Both the position numbers and the translations under genes were made by a program. This document shows positions 39,129 through 48,788 of a stretch of DNA of 64,000 bases, in pieces (the first letter of the stretch is position 1; each line of letters begins with the position of its first letter). The stretch is from Kangiella sp. GTDB taxonomy: Bacteria > Pseudomonadota > Gammaproteobacteria > Enterobacterales > Kangiellaceae. Where the stretch lies: positions 6,835-70,834 of the forward strand of contig DATCST010000061.1 of NCBI GenBank assembly GCA_036568325.1. The letters are read 5' to 3'. The notes beneath the pieces are model-generated. The model searched no databases. It was not told the origin of the DNA and was given only the letters and a program-made list of their open reading frames with translations.

Positions 39129-40088
39129 TTATTCTTCGCTGACAGTACCGAACGACATCAGCTTGTTGTAACGCTTAGCAAGTAATTGCTCAACACTTAG
39201 AGTTTGCAATTCATCCATATCTTTAGTTAAGCGCTCTTTTAAGCTTTTGCCCATCGTAAGGTAATCACGATGCGCACCGCCTAATGGTTCAGCGACGATG
39301 TTGTCGATCAGACCCAAGCTCTTAATACGCTCGGCGGTAATACCCATTGCCTGCGCCGCTTCTTCAGCTTTTTCAGCACTCTTCCAAAGAATCGAAGCAC
39401 AACCTTCTGGCGAGATAACCGAGTAAGTGGAATATTGAAGCATGTTAACGCGGTCGCCGACACCAATCGCCAAAGCACCGCCGGAGCCACCTTCACCAAT
39501 CACGGTAGCGATAATTGGCACTTCAAGGCGCGACATGACTTTGAGGTTACGAGCAATCGCTTCACTCTGGCCACGCTCTTCCGCACCAACACCCGGGAAA
39601 GCCCCTGGCGTGTCGATGAAAGTGAACACTGGCAGCGAGAAACGCTCGGCAAGCTCCATAATGCGCTTAGCTTTACGATAGCCTTCCGGACGAGACATAC
39701 CAAAGTTATGCTTAATTTTCTCTTTAGTATCACGACCTTTTTGATGGCCAATGACCACTACAGGCTTATCATTCAATCGCGCGAGGCCACCGACAATAGA
39801 CGCATCGTCAGAATAGGCTCGGTCGCCAGCCAACTCATCAAAGTCAGTGAAAATGTGCTCGATATAGTCACGAGTGTAAGGACGCTGCGGGTGACGCGCT
39901 AGTTGCGCAACCTGCCACGGCGTAAGGTCAGAAAAGATTTGCTTGGTGAGGTCTTTCGACTTCTTTTTTAAGCGCTCAATCTCTTCGCTAATATTGATTT
40001 CAGTATCTTCGCCCATCATGCGCAATTCATCGATTTGCGCTTCTAATTCTGCGATAGGACGTTCAAAGTCTAGAAAATTCAAACTCAT
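39129..40088 (-). CDS. accA: Acetyl-CoA carboxylase carboxyltransferase alpha subunit
   Basis: [30 protein letters not shown] motifs. Confidence 0.99.
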   Translation of the reverse strand: MSLNFLDFERPIAELEAQIDELRMMGEDTEINISEEIERLKKKSKDLTKQIFSDLTPWQVAQLARHPQRPYTRDYIEHIFTDFDELAGDRAYSDDASIVGGLARLNDKPVVVIGHQKGRDTKEKIKHNFGMSRPEGYRKAKRIMELAERFSLPVFTFIDTPGAFPGVGAEERGQSEAIARNLKVMSRLEVPIIATVIGEGGSGGALAIGVGDRVNMLQYSTYSVISPEGCASILWKSAEKAEEAAQAMGITAERIKSLGLIDNIVAEPLGGAHRDYLTMGKSLKERLTKDMDELQTLSVEQLLAKRYNKLMSFGTVSEE

Positions 40089-40343
40089 GCCTTATAAAAC
40101 GGTTAGTTAGTGGCGTATAAGGGGCAATATTCTACCCTTATTTGCTTTGATAATGAATGGTAACTTGACTGGTCTAAACTGTCAGCCTTTATCGGCTTAA
40201 AACATTAATAATTCGGCATTTTTACCATCTGGTTCAATTGTACGCTATATTCAGCACCAATAACGATTCAGTTCCGAAAATGGCTATTCAGTTCACTATA
40301 TCCTGCTAAGATAGGACCAAATCGTTCTGCTACACATTGCTTT

Positions 40344-41729
40344 ATGCTCAACTCAGCGACCTTAAAAACCTATCAGCAAGCACGCATGGCACGTGATCCG
40401 CGCTTTGACGGCACTTTTTTTGTCGCGGTGAAAACAACAGGCATCTATTGTCGCCCCGTCTGTCCAGCGCCAGCACCCAAAGAGCAGAATGTTGCTTATT
40501 ACCCCAGTTCCGTGCAGGCGCAAGAAGCAGGCTTTCGCCCCTGCTTGCGCTGCCGCCCGGAAACAGCCCCGCTCTCTGCGGCCTGGCTTGGTAATCAGGC
40601 TGTGCTGAAAAAAGCAGTAGCACGTATTCAGGCAGGCGCTTTAAGTCAAACCTCATTGCAGGACTTTAGCGAATCCATGGGCATTAGCGACCGCTATCTG
40701 CGCAAACTGTTTCAGCAGTATCTTGGCGTCTCGCCGATAACCTATGCCAACCATTTGCGCCTGATGTTCGCTAAACAGCTACTGCATCAAACCCAGCTAC
40801 CTATTACTGATATCGCATTTATCGCAGGCTTCAACAGCGTACGTCGCTTTAATGACAGCTTTAAAGCCACCATGAAACTAAGCCCCAGTAATTTACGAAA
40901 AAAACTAAACAGCCAACAAAGTCCGCAAGAGTCGCAAGCCATTCAATTAAAGCTGCATTACCGTCCACCGTACAACTGGTCAATGATGCAAGAGTTTTTA
41001 AAACAGCGCGAGTTATCGGCAATCGAAACAGTATCGGACCACAGCTACAGCCGTACTTTTAGTCTGGACGGTGTTAATGGCTACTTTACTGCAGAGTTTG
41101 ATTCAACCAGCTCATCATTCAACGTCACCATTGAACTGAGTGATATGAGCAAACTATTGGAGGTCACGCACCACATTCGTCGCGTGCTGGATCTGAACAG
41201 TGATCTGGAAGTGATCGAAAAAACACTGGGACAAGATAAAAATTTACAACCTCTCCTGAAATCTGGGCTGCGACTACCCGCCACCTGGAACACCTTCGAA
41301 GCTGGAGTTAAAGCTATTCTTGGTCAACAGGTTTCGGTTAAAGCTGCTTACACCCACACCGCTAGCGTCATTGAGCAACTGGGCAGTGATTACAACGAAC
41401 AGTACAAACTATTCCCAACGGCACAGCAAATAGTCGATGGCGATTTAAGCTTTCTCAAGATGCCCAATAGCCGTAAACAAACACTACACAACTTTGCCCA
41501 ATGGTCTCTCGACACTAACGGTGAGGACTTATCATCAATACTCACTATAAAAGGCATCGGTCCCTGGACTTATGAATACATCAAATTGCGCAGCGGCTTT
41601 GATAGCGACGCTTTCCCCGAAAAAGATCTCGGCGTGACCAAAGCCATGGAAAAACACAATCTAACCAACACCGAACAATGGCACCCCTGGCGCAGCTACG
41701 CCACCCTGCAACTATGGCACAGCCTATAA
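40344..41729 (+). CDS. alkA: Ada Zn-domain/AraC-AlkA fusion (DNA-3-methyladenine glycosylase II)
   Basis: TTGIYCRPVC and FRPCLRCRP Zn cysteines, AraC HTH, AILGQQVS, HhH GIGPWT, catalytic FPEKD. Confidence 0.88.
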   Translation: MLNSATLKTYQQARMARDPRFDGTFFVAVKTTGIYCRPVCPAPAPKEQNVAYYPSSVQAQEAGFRPCLRCRPETAPLSAAWLGNQAVLKKAVARIQAGALSQTSLQDFSESMGISDRYLRKLFQQYLGVSPITYANHLRLMFAKQLLHQTQLPITDIAFIAGFNSVRRFNDSFKATMKLSPSNLRKKLNSQQSPQESQAIQLKLHYRPPYNWSMMQEFLKQRELSAIETVSDHSYSRTFSLDGVNGYFTAEFDSTSSSFNVTIELSDMSKLLEVTHHIRRVLDLNSDLEVIEKTLGQDKNLQPLLKSGLRLPATWNTFEAGVKAILGQQVSVKAAYTHTASVIEQLGSDYNEQYKLFPTAQQIVDGDLSFLKMPNSRKQTLHNFAQWSLDTNGEDLSSILTIKGIGPWTYEYIKLRSGFDSDAFPEKDLGVTKAMEKHNLTNTEQWHPWRSYATLQLWHSL

Positions 41730-41751
41730 AAGATAAGAGAAGAATTATTGT

Positions 41752-42234
41752 ATGAATACGAAACTTTATTATCAAAAAACACAATGCCCATTCGGCACAG
41801 TGCATATTTATGCCGACGACCAACACCTCAAAGCATTGTTATTTAAGCCATGGAACAAAATGCCAGCGCAAAATCTTCTAAACAAAAGCAATCCGGTTAT
41901 CGAACAAACCCAACGCCAACTCGACGAATATTTCAAAGGTCAAAGATCTGAGTTCGATCTACCCATCAAAGCAGACGGCACAGACTTCCAACAAACCGTC
42001 TGGCAAACCCTATGCAAAATTCCTTTTGGTGAAACCTGGAACTACGGCCAACTCGCCCAAGCAATCGGAAATAAGAATGCCAGCCGCGCCGTCGGCGCCG
42101 CCAACGGCAAAAACCCCATCTCCATCATCGTGCCCTGCCACCGCGTAATTGGAGCAAACGGCACCCTAACGGGCTACGCAGGAGGATTAACCATCAAAGA
42201 ATGGTTACTTAAACATGAAGGGATAATTAAATAA
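41752..42234 (+). CDS. ogt: O6-methylguanine-DNA methyltransferase
   Basis: RAVGAANGKNP and active-site PCHRV. Confidence 0.95.
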   Translation: MNTKLYYQKTQCPFGTVHIYADDQHLKALLFKPWNKMPAQNLLNKSNPVIEQTQRQLDEYFKGQRSEFDLPIKADGTDFQQTVWQTLCKIPFGETWNYGQLAQAIGNKNASRAVGAANGKNPISIIVPCHRVIGANGTLTGYAGGLTIKEWLLKHEGIIK

Positions 42235-42239
42235 CCGTA
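42223..42239 (+). repeat. 17-bp direct repeat, left copy (3' end of ogt)
   Basis: ATAATTAAATAACCGTA, identical at 43894-43910. Confidence 0.9.
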
Positions 42240-42337
42240 GCTATAACAAACAACTTCGGCAACATCATATTGAAACTTTATTAGTAAGTAATAATAGTGT
42301 ATTTTCGTCTTTGACAACCTAAAACCATAAATTATGA

Positions 42338-43897
42338 ATGCTTAATAACGCTCAAAATCAAATTTTCCATATCTTTTTGCCCTTACTTGTAAAGCTACTC
42401 GCATTCGTAGCAGGTTACACTTTATTAAACCTCTTGTTTTTTCATACTATTGATATTTTCGATATTAATGATGATATCCCTAATTTTTATATTCCATTAT
42501 TCACAGTTCCTATTTTTACATTCATCGTCACTAAACAACCATTTCTAGTCTTTGAATATGATGATAAAGGAGGTGACAAAGCCTTCGCTTCAAGGTTTAT
42601 TATCAGCGTTCCACTATTAATAACCACCTGCCTTACACAATATGTTGCCTCTGAGAAGATAGCTAAAATTTCAAACTTTCAAAACGTAGATGAACTCAGA
42701 AATAGTGAACAGGTTAAATATTACACATTTGAAGACTTCTATATCGATAAAGAATATCCCGTTGTAAACACAAACTTCAAGGTCACAGGACAGTACAATA
42801 GCAACTTCCAGATGGACATATTTGTAGCTCTCCCTTTGACAAAATCTGGCGAAGATTCATTCGGTGACAATCCTTACTGGTATGGTATTAAGTACAGCAA
42901 TACGGTTGATAATGAACTAAGCTCGGAAGACAAGAGTCGTTTATTTCGTAAATTTTACACAGAGTCTTTAGCAAAGTTTAATAAGCAAAACCTATATTAT
43001 GTTACTTACTTTGAAAGGTTAAAAGACTATAGCGAAAAAGATCTCTTTATCGAAAAGCATCCATTCTTTAATCAGGATGAAAAAGAAAAGTCCATAGTAT
43101 TCGTCCCAAAGTCAGATAGTTTTGAAGATAGGCTTTCAGGCCTCGGAACTTGGTGGTTCATATCCCTTTCACTAACCATTGTCATTGTATTTCTAACTAC
43201 TTTTATTCCAAACATGAACACATCACGATGGAGAGCCTATTACCATGGTAAAAAGCTGCATGATGAAAGTAATAGCAGGCTTATAGATATCTTGCTACCA
43301 AGAAAAGACTTATTCGTAACGCCTCTATTAGTCATCCTAAATTTAGTGGTTTTCATCATAATGGCCGTTTCTAGCCTCTCTCTAATGAACTTCGAAGGGC
43401 AGCTTTTAATTAACTGGGGAGCCAATTTCTCACCCAATATTGAGTCTGGCGAATGGTGGAGACTCATCACCAGTATTTTCCTTCATGGAGGAGCTTTTCA
43501 CCTTCTATTTAACCTTTACGCTCTCTACATGATTGGAATAATTCTCGAACCTGAAATAAAATCAATACGTTATATAATCTTATATTTACTATTTGGAATT
43601 GTTGCCAGCCTTGTCAGTTTGTCTTGGAATCATGACGCTGTCAGTGTTGGAGCATCGGGAGCAATCTTCGGAATGTTTGGGCTATATTTGGCATTGTTAT
43701 TCACTAACTCAATTTCCAAAGAGTTAAGAGCCTTTGCATCTTGGGTGACTGGAATTGCTGCGATTAGTTTATTATTAGGAGTAATGAATAGCAGCATTGA
43801 CAATGGCGCCCACATCGGTGGTTTGATAACAGGATTCATCCTAGGTTTTTTAATAAGTCCTTTTATCAAAAATCATAGCCAAGATATTCAGAAATAA
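42338..43897 (+). CDS. Rhomboid intramembrane serine protease with a long N-terminal membrane and extracytoplasmic region
   Basis: EWWRLITSIFLH, VGASGAIFG (Ser), NGAHIGG (His); visibly AT-rich. Confidence 0.92.
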   Translation: MLNNAQNQIFHIFLPLLVKLLAFVAGYTLLNLLFFHTIDIFDINDDIPNFYIPLFTVPIFTFIVTKQPFLVFEYDDKGGDKAFASRFIISVPLLITTCLTQYVASEKIAKISNFQNVDELRNSEQVKYYTFEDFYIDKEYPVVNTNFKVTGQYNSNFQMDIFVALPLTKSGEDSFGDNPYWYGIKYSNTVDNELSSEDKSRLFRKFYTESLAKFNKQNLYYVTYFERLKDYSEKDLFIEKHPFFNQDEKEKSIVFVPKSDSFEDRLSGLGTWWFISLSLTIVIVFLTTFIPNMNTSRWRAYYHGKKLHDESNSRLIDILLPRKDLFVTPLLVILNLVVFIIMAVSSLSLMNFEGQLLINWGANFSPNIESGEWWRLITSIFLHGGAFHLLFNLYALYMIGIILEPEIKSIRYIILYLLFGIVASLVSLSWNHDAVSVGASGAIFGMFGLYLALLFTNSISKELRAFASWVTGIAAISLLLGVMNSSIDNGAHIGGLITGFILGFLISPFIKNHSQDIQK

Positions 43898-43910
43898 TTA
43901 AATAACCGTA
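43894..43910 (+). repeat. 17-bp direct repeat, right copy (contains the rhomboid stop codon)
   Basis: ATAATTAAATAACCGTA. Confidence 0.9.
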
Positions 43911-43933
43911 AGAGGTTGCCTTGGCAAGCCCTT
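43907..43933 (+). repeat. REP-like imperfect hairpin
   Basis: CGT-AAGAGGTTGCC-TT-GGCAAGCCCTT. Confidence 0.5.
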
Positions 43934-43975
43934 CTAGAACCAACTGCTCATTACCAGTTATAAATACCGAAAAGA

Positions 43976-44007
43976 TTGTCATTCCGGCCTACGAGCCGGA
44001 ATCTGCT
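43976..44007 (+). repeat. TGTC-tagged REP-like palindrome, copy 2
   Basis: TTGTC-ATTCCGGC-CTACGA-GCCGGAAT-CTGCT; same flanks as copy 1. Confidence 0.75.
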
Positions 44008-44010
44008 CTT

Positions 44011-44046
44011 ATAGGTTGGGTTAGAGACCTAACCTCGTAACCCAAC
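44011..44046 (+). repeat. (G/A)TAG-tagged REP-like palindrome
   Basis: ATAG-GTTGGGTT-N16-AACCCAAC. Confidence 0.65.
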
Positions 44047-44076
44047 AAGACTAACTAAAAGGGGTAGTTACTTTCG

Positions 44077-44388
44077 CTACCCAACCCGCAGCCACAAATA
44101 CTTATGAGACATAAATAATACGTAAACAATAGCCATAAGCACTTTCGGCCCTCTTAAACTAGAACCACCCTGTAATCTAACCTCACCACCTGGCGGTACA
44201 TTAATAGTAACTTTATTGGAACGACACCAATCAATTTTTAAATAGATTTCCTTTTCACCGGAACTAGTCTCGAACTCTATAGACTCTCCATTACCAACCA
44301 TAGCAACTTCATCTCCATTACATATTACCTTGTACTTTCGGACTCTATCCGCGTAGCCGCTATCGCGGGTTATTTTTATTCTACTCAT
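44077..44388 (-). CDS. Hypothetical protein (beta-rich domain plus C-terminal hydrophobic helix)
   Basis: 103 aa, AAGGA RBS; RKYKV...LKIDWCRSN; flanked by CTTTCGCTAC direct repeats. Confidence 0.8.
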   Translation of the reverse strand: MSRIKITRDSGYADRVRKYKVICNGDEVAMVGNGESIEFETSSGEKEIYLKIDWCRSNKVTINVPPGGEVRLQGGSSLRGPKVLMAIVYVLFMSHKYLWLRVG

Positions 44389-44461
44389 TGTTGTTCCTTG
44401 TTTTTGCGCTGAATTATTTTCTTTCGCTACAGTTAATATATCTTTCCCTTCTTTTTATGGC

Positions 44462-44842
44462 TCAATCTACTACATTGACTCCCGGCGGATAATAACTAAC
44501 CTCAAATCTGATCCCATCAGGGTCTTTCATAAATAATGCTGTTACGCCGCCTAAATCCTGAATCTCTGGTGCCTCAAACCCTGCCTGTCTAATTGCGGTT
44601 TGTATAGATTCAACATGCTCTTTCGTAGGTGCAGAGAACCCCAAGTGATTCATACCAGCACCATACCTCTCATAGTCGGACGTGCCAGGCTTGGCCTGTA
44701 AAAATTGAAAAAAGAAGCCGTCACCATCAGTCCATACATGATTCCGTTTTTTGGTAAAACCTACCAATGGAAGCAAATGGTCATAATAAGGCATACTTTG
44801 TTCCAGTGATGATACAAGGATAGTAATGTGATCAAGCTTCAT
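44462..44842 (-). CDS. VOC/glyoxalase family protein
   Basis: LDHITILV, MNHLGF, FMKDPDGIRFEV. Start placed at MKLDH behind AGGA. Confidence 0.9.
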   Translation of the reverse strand: MKLDHITILVSSLEQSMPYYDHLLPLVGFTKKRNHVWTDGDGFFFQFLQAKPGTSDYERYGAGMNHLGFSAPTKEHVESIQTAIRQAGFEAPEIQDLGGVTALFMKDPDGIRFEVSYYPPGVNVVD

Positions 44843-44966
44843 GAAGTTCCTACTAATCATTCTGTATTAGGGATGTTTATTGACAGTAATTTATGGGCTT
44901 ATACCTATTAATACAAGCTTGAACTTCTCATCAATTCAGCTCTATGATTAATCATTGTGTTTACTG

Positions 44967-45650
44967 ATGGAGGTTCTTATTCGCCCTTTTCATATCGCCT
45001 GGATAGTCTGTTTAGTTCCCATCATAGCTGCGCACGGGGCGTATTTTATTGGCCTATGGCAAGGGGTAGCGAATGAGTGTGTGCCATATTTTGAAGGCTG
45101 TACCTCTATTAGTCGTGCCGCGCGCAATGGCGATGCAATCTTTCTGTTTCGTGGTCTGATGATGCCGATAGCAGCTTTCTTAGTTGTGTTCTGGTATTTG
45201 CAGAGTATCTGGCTCAAGGAACTCACACAAAAATCTCACAATACTATTTTCGTGCTGGGAACCATTGGCGCAATATTTTTAGTCTTGTATGCAGACTTTC
45301 TCGGCACGGAAGGTGACTTTTACGAATTTATGCGCCGCTATGGAATCACCTTCTATTTCGCGATGACAATTCTCGCGCAGATGCTAAGCATTCGTAGTCT
45401 GCAAAAAATAAAGGGCACGTTAAACCGAAAGATCAAACGCTACCTTTCAACTCAATTTATTTTGATTTCCATCTATTGGGGATTAGGCATCACCAACGTG
45501 GTAATAAAAGCAACCGGCGTCAGCTGGGCCGATCAGGCGGAAAATGTTATTGAATGGCACTTCGCCTTATATATGTCCTTCTATTTTGGGCTTACAGCCA
45601 TGATGTGGAAGCGCAGTGGCTTTCAATTTCAGTTCAGGATTAACAGATAA
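44967..45650 (+). CDS. Multi-pass membrane protein (Frag1/DRAM/Sfk1-like, tentative)
   Basis: About six TM helices; CVPYFEGCTSISRAAR motif. Confidence 0.65.
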   Translation: MEVLIRPFHIAWIVCLVPIIAAHGAYFIGLWQGVANECVPYFEGCTSISRAARNGDAIFLFRGLMMPIAAFLVVFWYLQSIWLKELTQKSHNTIFVLGTIGAIFLVLYADFLGTEGDFYEFMRRYGITFYFAMTILAQMLSIRSLQKIKGTLNRKIKRYLSTQFILISIYWGLGITNVVIKATGVSWADQAENVIEWHFALYMSFYFGLTAMMWKRSGFQFQFRINR

Positions 45651-45667
45651 GCTTCTAATCACCTCAA

Positions 45668-47098
45668 TCAACGCTCTCTTATTTTGCTCCACATAAACTC
45701 ATCTTTACCCATATTTTCTGAGTTTTTCTTTGCCAGATTTTCAAGCATGATATCAATCTGACTTTTATCAACCCAACGTCCATTAAAGAACACTCCTGAT
45801 ATCTTTCTTGTATTATTAATATCCAACAAAGGGTTTTCATCAAGCAAGACAAGGTCAGCAAACTTACCAACTTCAATAGTCCCGACTTTATCATCAATTC
45901 CTAACCATGTAGCTGCCAACCTTGTTGCAGCTGCCAAGGTTTCTTCTGTGGTTAAACCAGCATCCACTAACAAGGTCAGCTCGTCATGTAATGAATAACC
46001 CCAAACTATACCTGAAGTGCCTGCATCGGTACCCGCTACCATGGGAACGCCAAGCTCTTTAAATGCTTTTACGAGCTTTACATGAAAATCAACCAGCTCA
46101 TCATAGTAAGCAATTCTTTTGGGGGTTGTGCCTTGATTATATTGATTAGCAGTAATCCATTTGTCTTGCATTAATGGATGTACGTATTTAAAACTTGGAA
46201 GATCTCTTACAGCATCCAATGAACGCCCTTGAGCAGCAATACGTACTAAGTTCGATAGATTAGGAGTAACCCAGGAGCCATTCTCCTGAGCCAATCTTGC
46301 AAGCTTATAAGCTTCTTCTTGTGTAAACTCATTGGCTTGCTTTGAGAAATCCTCAGCATGAGCCACTAAACCAAAGTGAGGGACGAAAGCTTCTTCTGCT
46401 TTACCTTCAAAGGCATTGGGTATATGCCCCACCACCTTCATTCCTTGTTTGTTAGCCTCATCCACAATCGCTTTGTAGGTTTCAATATTAAGCCTTGAGT
46501 AAACCTTGATAAATTCGTAGCCATCGCCTTTTGCGATGCGAACAGCCTGGCGCCCCTCAGACGGAGTAGTTGCCACCCTACTCGCATTGCTTCCATCAAT
46601 TAACGCCGCCAACGCAATCCTGGGACCAGTGACATCGCCTTTAACGATTTCGTTTCTTTGCCCGAAATGCTCAACTCTACCGCTAAGTTCAAATGTGGTG
46701 GTAACGCCATTAGCAACGTATAACAGCATAATATCTTGGTTGTCGAAGAAGATTGATGCCCCCTTAGTTGGGTAGTTATTTCCAGGGCTACCATCTACTA
46801 GATTGTGAACGTGCATGTCTATCAGGCCAGGGATAAGCCACTTACCTTCACCATCAATAATCATGGCATCATTTGGCACTTTCCCACCAATGGCTGAGAT
46901 CTTGTTATCGACAATAACAACTGTAGTATTTTCAATGACCTTGTTTTCCACTGTCATTGGAATAACATTAACGTTGGTTAGAACAATTGTTTTATTCTCT
47001 TCATTTTCCTGTCCCAACGCAGAGTGCTGAGTGATTCCGCAACCAGATAGCAAAACCAAGGCCACGCATAAACTCGCTATAAATCGTAAGTTATTCAC
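45668..47098 (-). CDS. Lipoprotein amidohydrolase
   Basis: Lipobox LSGC; IPGLIDMHVH, IKVY, VVGH, AGTDAG, GKFADLVLLD motifs. Confidence 0.88.
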   Translation of the reverse strand: MNNLRFIASLCVALVLLSGCGITQHSALGQENEENKTIVLTNVNVIPMTVENKVIENTTVVIVDNKISAIGGKVPNDAMIIDGEGKWLIPGLIDMHVHNLVDGSPGNNYPTKGASIFFDNQDIMLLYVANGVTTTFELSGRVEHFGQRNEIVKGDVTGPRIALAALIDGSNASRVATTPSEGRQAVRIAKGDGYEFIKVYSRLNIETYKAIVDEANKQGMKVVGHIPNAFEGKAEEAFVPHFGLVAHAEDFSKQANEFTQEEAYKLARLAQENGSWVTPNLSNLVRIAAQGRSLDAVRDLPSFKYVHPLMQDKWITANQYNQGTTPKRIAYYDELVDFHVKLVKAFKELGVPMVAGTDAGTSGIVWGYSLHDELTLLVDAGLTTEETLAAATRLAATWLGIDDKVGTIEVGKFADLVLLDENPLLDINNTRKISGVFFNGRWVDKSQIDIMLENLAKKNSENMGKDEFMWSKIRER

Positions 47099-47281
47099 CG
47101 AAAACTCCTCATCGTGCTTATTCTATTTTCGTAATTATTTTAATCTACGCAAATCAATACACCATAGATACAGCCATGGGATTTCAAAATGTAAGATTTA
47201 ATTTTTATCAGCCAGCTGACTTGTTATAGATAAGGAATGAGGCTGGACTTTAATTAATAGCTTATAGATACAGTTTGGAGC

Positions 47282-47680
47282 TTATACCAAAAGAGCAACC
47301 CACATAATCAATACAGCCATGAAGTTAATGGTAAACACCAAGCCTCTTAACCGAATATTATTCGTTAATATCTGCACTGCGCTATGAATTAATCGGCCAA
47401 CCACAAATATCCAGGCCAACCACACTTGAATAGGATCTGTATTTCCTAATACGATTAACAACACACAGATGATGTGAAAAAATAATGGCCACTCAAATTG
47501 ATTCGATAGATTTGCACTGACTCTAGGTTCAACTGTCGCCCATGTTTCTCTCTTACTTTTACCAACACCCCACACTGCAGGAGCACGAACAATCGTCAGC
47601 AAAACATAAAGAAAAGCAACCCACGCGATGTGGGAAGCCATTGGATAGAGAAGCAGTTGGTGTGTCATATTCGACGTCAT
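47282..47680 (-). CDS. MAPEG family membrane protein
   Basis: NLSNQFEWPLFF and FVVGRLIHS motifs. Confidence 0.85.
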   Translation of the reverse strand: MTSNMTHQLLLYPMASHIAWVAFLYVLLTIVRAPAVWGVGKSKRETWATVEPRVSANLSNQFEWPLFFHIICVLLIVLGNTDPIQVWLAWIFVVGRLIHSAVQILTNNIRLRGLVFTINFMAVLIMWVALLV

Positions 47681-47704
47681 AGGATGATTGTCCTTGTGCA
47701 GTCT

Positions 47705-48739
47705 TTAACTTATTGGCTCATTCACTTTAACCACTAGCTTGCCAAAGTTTTTGCCTTCGAGCATTCCCATGAACGCTTGCGGTGCCTTGTCCAGTCCTTC
47801 AACCATCTGCTCACGATAATGAATTTTTCCTTCCTTCAACCACTGCCCCATGTCTTGAGCAAATTCAGGATAACGGTCCCCATAATCGTCGAAGATAATA
47901 AAGCCCTGCATCTTGATACGCTTGACTAACAAGGTACCCATCAACATACCCATTCTGTCTGGCCCACTAGGTAGTTCAGTGGCGTTATACTGGGAAACTA
48001 AACCGCACAGCGGAATTCTTGCCTTGGTGTTTAAAAGTGGCAACACTGCATCAAACACTTTTCCGCCAACGTTTTCATAATAAACATCAATACCATCAGA
48101 GCATGCCTTCGCTAATTGCTCGGCAAAATCATCGGCCTTATGATCAATACAGGCATCAAAACCTAATGTCTCAACTGCAAAACGACATTTTTCTTCACCA
48201 CCGGCAACACCAATCGCCTTACAGCCTTTAATCTTTGCAACTTGGCCAACCGTTGCGCCAACAGGCCCGGTAGCCGCAGCCACCACCACAGTTTCACCCT
48301 TCTTTGGCTGGCCAATATCTAACAGCCCCATATACCCCGTAAACCCAGGCATTCCCATAATGCCCAAGGCATAAGAGGGATTAGAAGGGTTCTTGCCCAG
48401 CGGCATAACATCTTTACCATCCGTAACGCTGTAATCCTGCCAACCATTCTGGCTCAAGACCCAATCACCCACCGCAAACTTGTTATTGTTGGAAGCTTCA
48501 ACCTGAGCCACCGTACCGCCAACCATCACCTGGTCTAACTTGACCGGATCGGCATATGACTTGGCATCATTAATGCGACCACGCATGTATGGGTCTAAGG
48601 ACAAAAAAATAGTTTTTAGCAGTATTTCGCCCTCTTTTGGCTCTGGCTTAGCCGATTCCACTAGACGGAAATCATCATCGGTAGGAGCCCCTTTCGGGCG
48701 CGAAGCTAATAAGATCTGTCTGTTGTTTGAGTTCGACAT
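47705..48739 (-). CDS. curA: NADP-dependent oxidoreductase (CurA/YncB, prostaglandin reductase-like)
   Basis: SLDPYMRGR, GMPGFTGY, AAATGPVGATVGQ, GKNFGKLVV motifs. Confidence 0.88.
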   Translation of the reverse strand: MSNSNNRQILLASRPKGAPTDDDFRLVESAKPEPKEGEILLKTIFLSLDPYMRGRINDAKSYADPVKLDQVMVGGTVAQVEASNNNKFAVGDWVLSQNGWQDYSVTDGKDVMPLGKNPSNPSYALGIMGMPGFTGYMGLLDIGQPKKGETVVVAAATGPVGATVGQVAKIKGCKAIGVAGGEEKCRFAVETLGFDACIDHKADDFAEQLAKACSDGIDVYYENVGGKVFDAVLPLLNTKARIPLCGLVSQYNATELPSGPDRMGMLMGTLLVKRIKMQGFIIFDDYGDRYPEFAQDMGQWLKEGKIHYREQMVEGLDKAPQAFMGMLEGKNFGKLVVKVNEPIS

Positions 48740-48788
48740 AGGTCATCCTCTAAATTTATTTACATAAGGCTCACATGAGCTACGTTTG

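Noticed and set aside
17991-47282. Distant 10-mer matches (TAACAGATAA at 17991/45641; GTTTGGAGCT at 18033/47273)
   Set aside because: A rough estimate gives on the order of thousands of chance 10-mer pairs in 64 kb, and these do not bracket a single gene.
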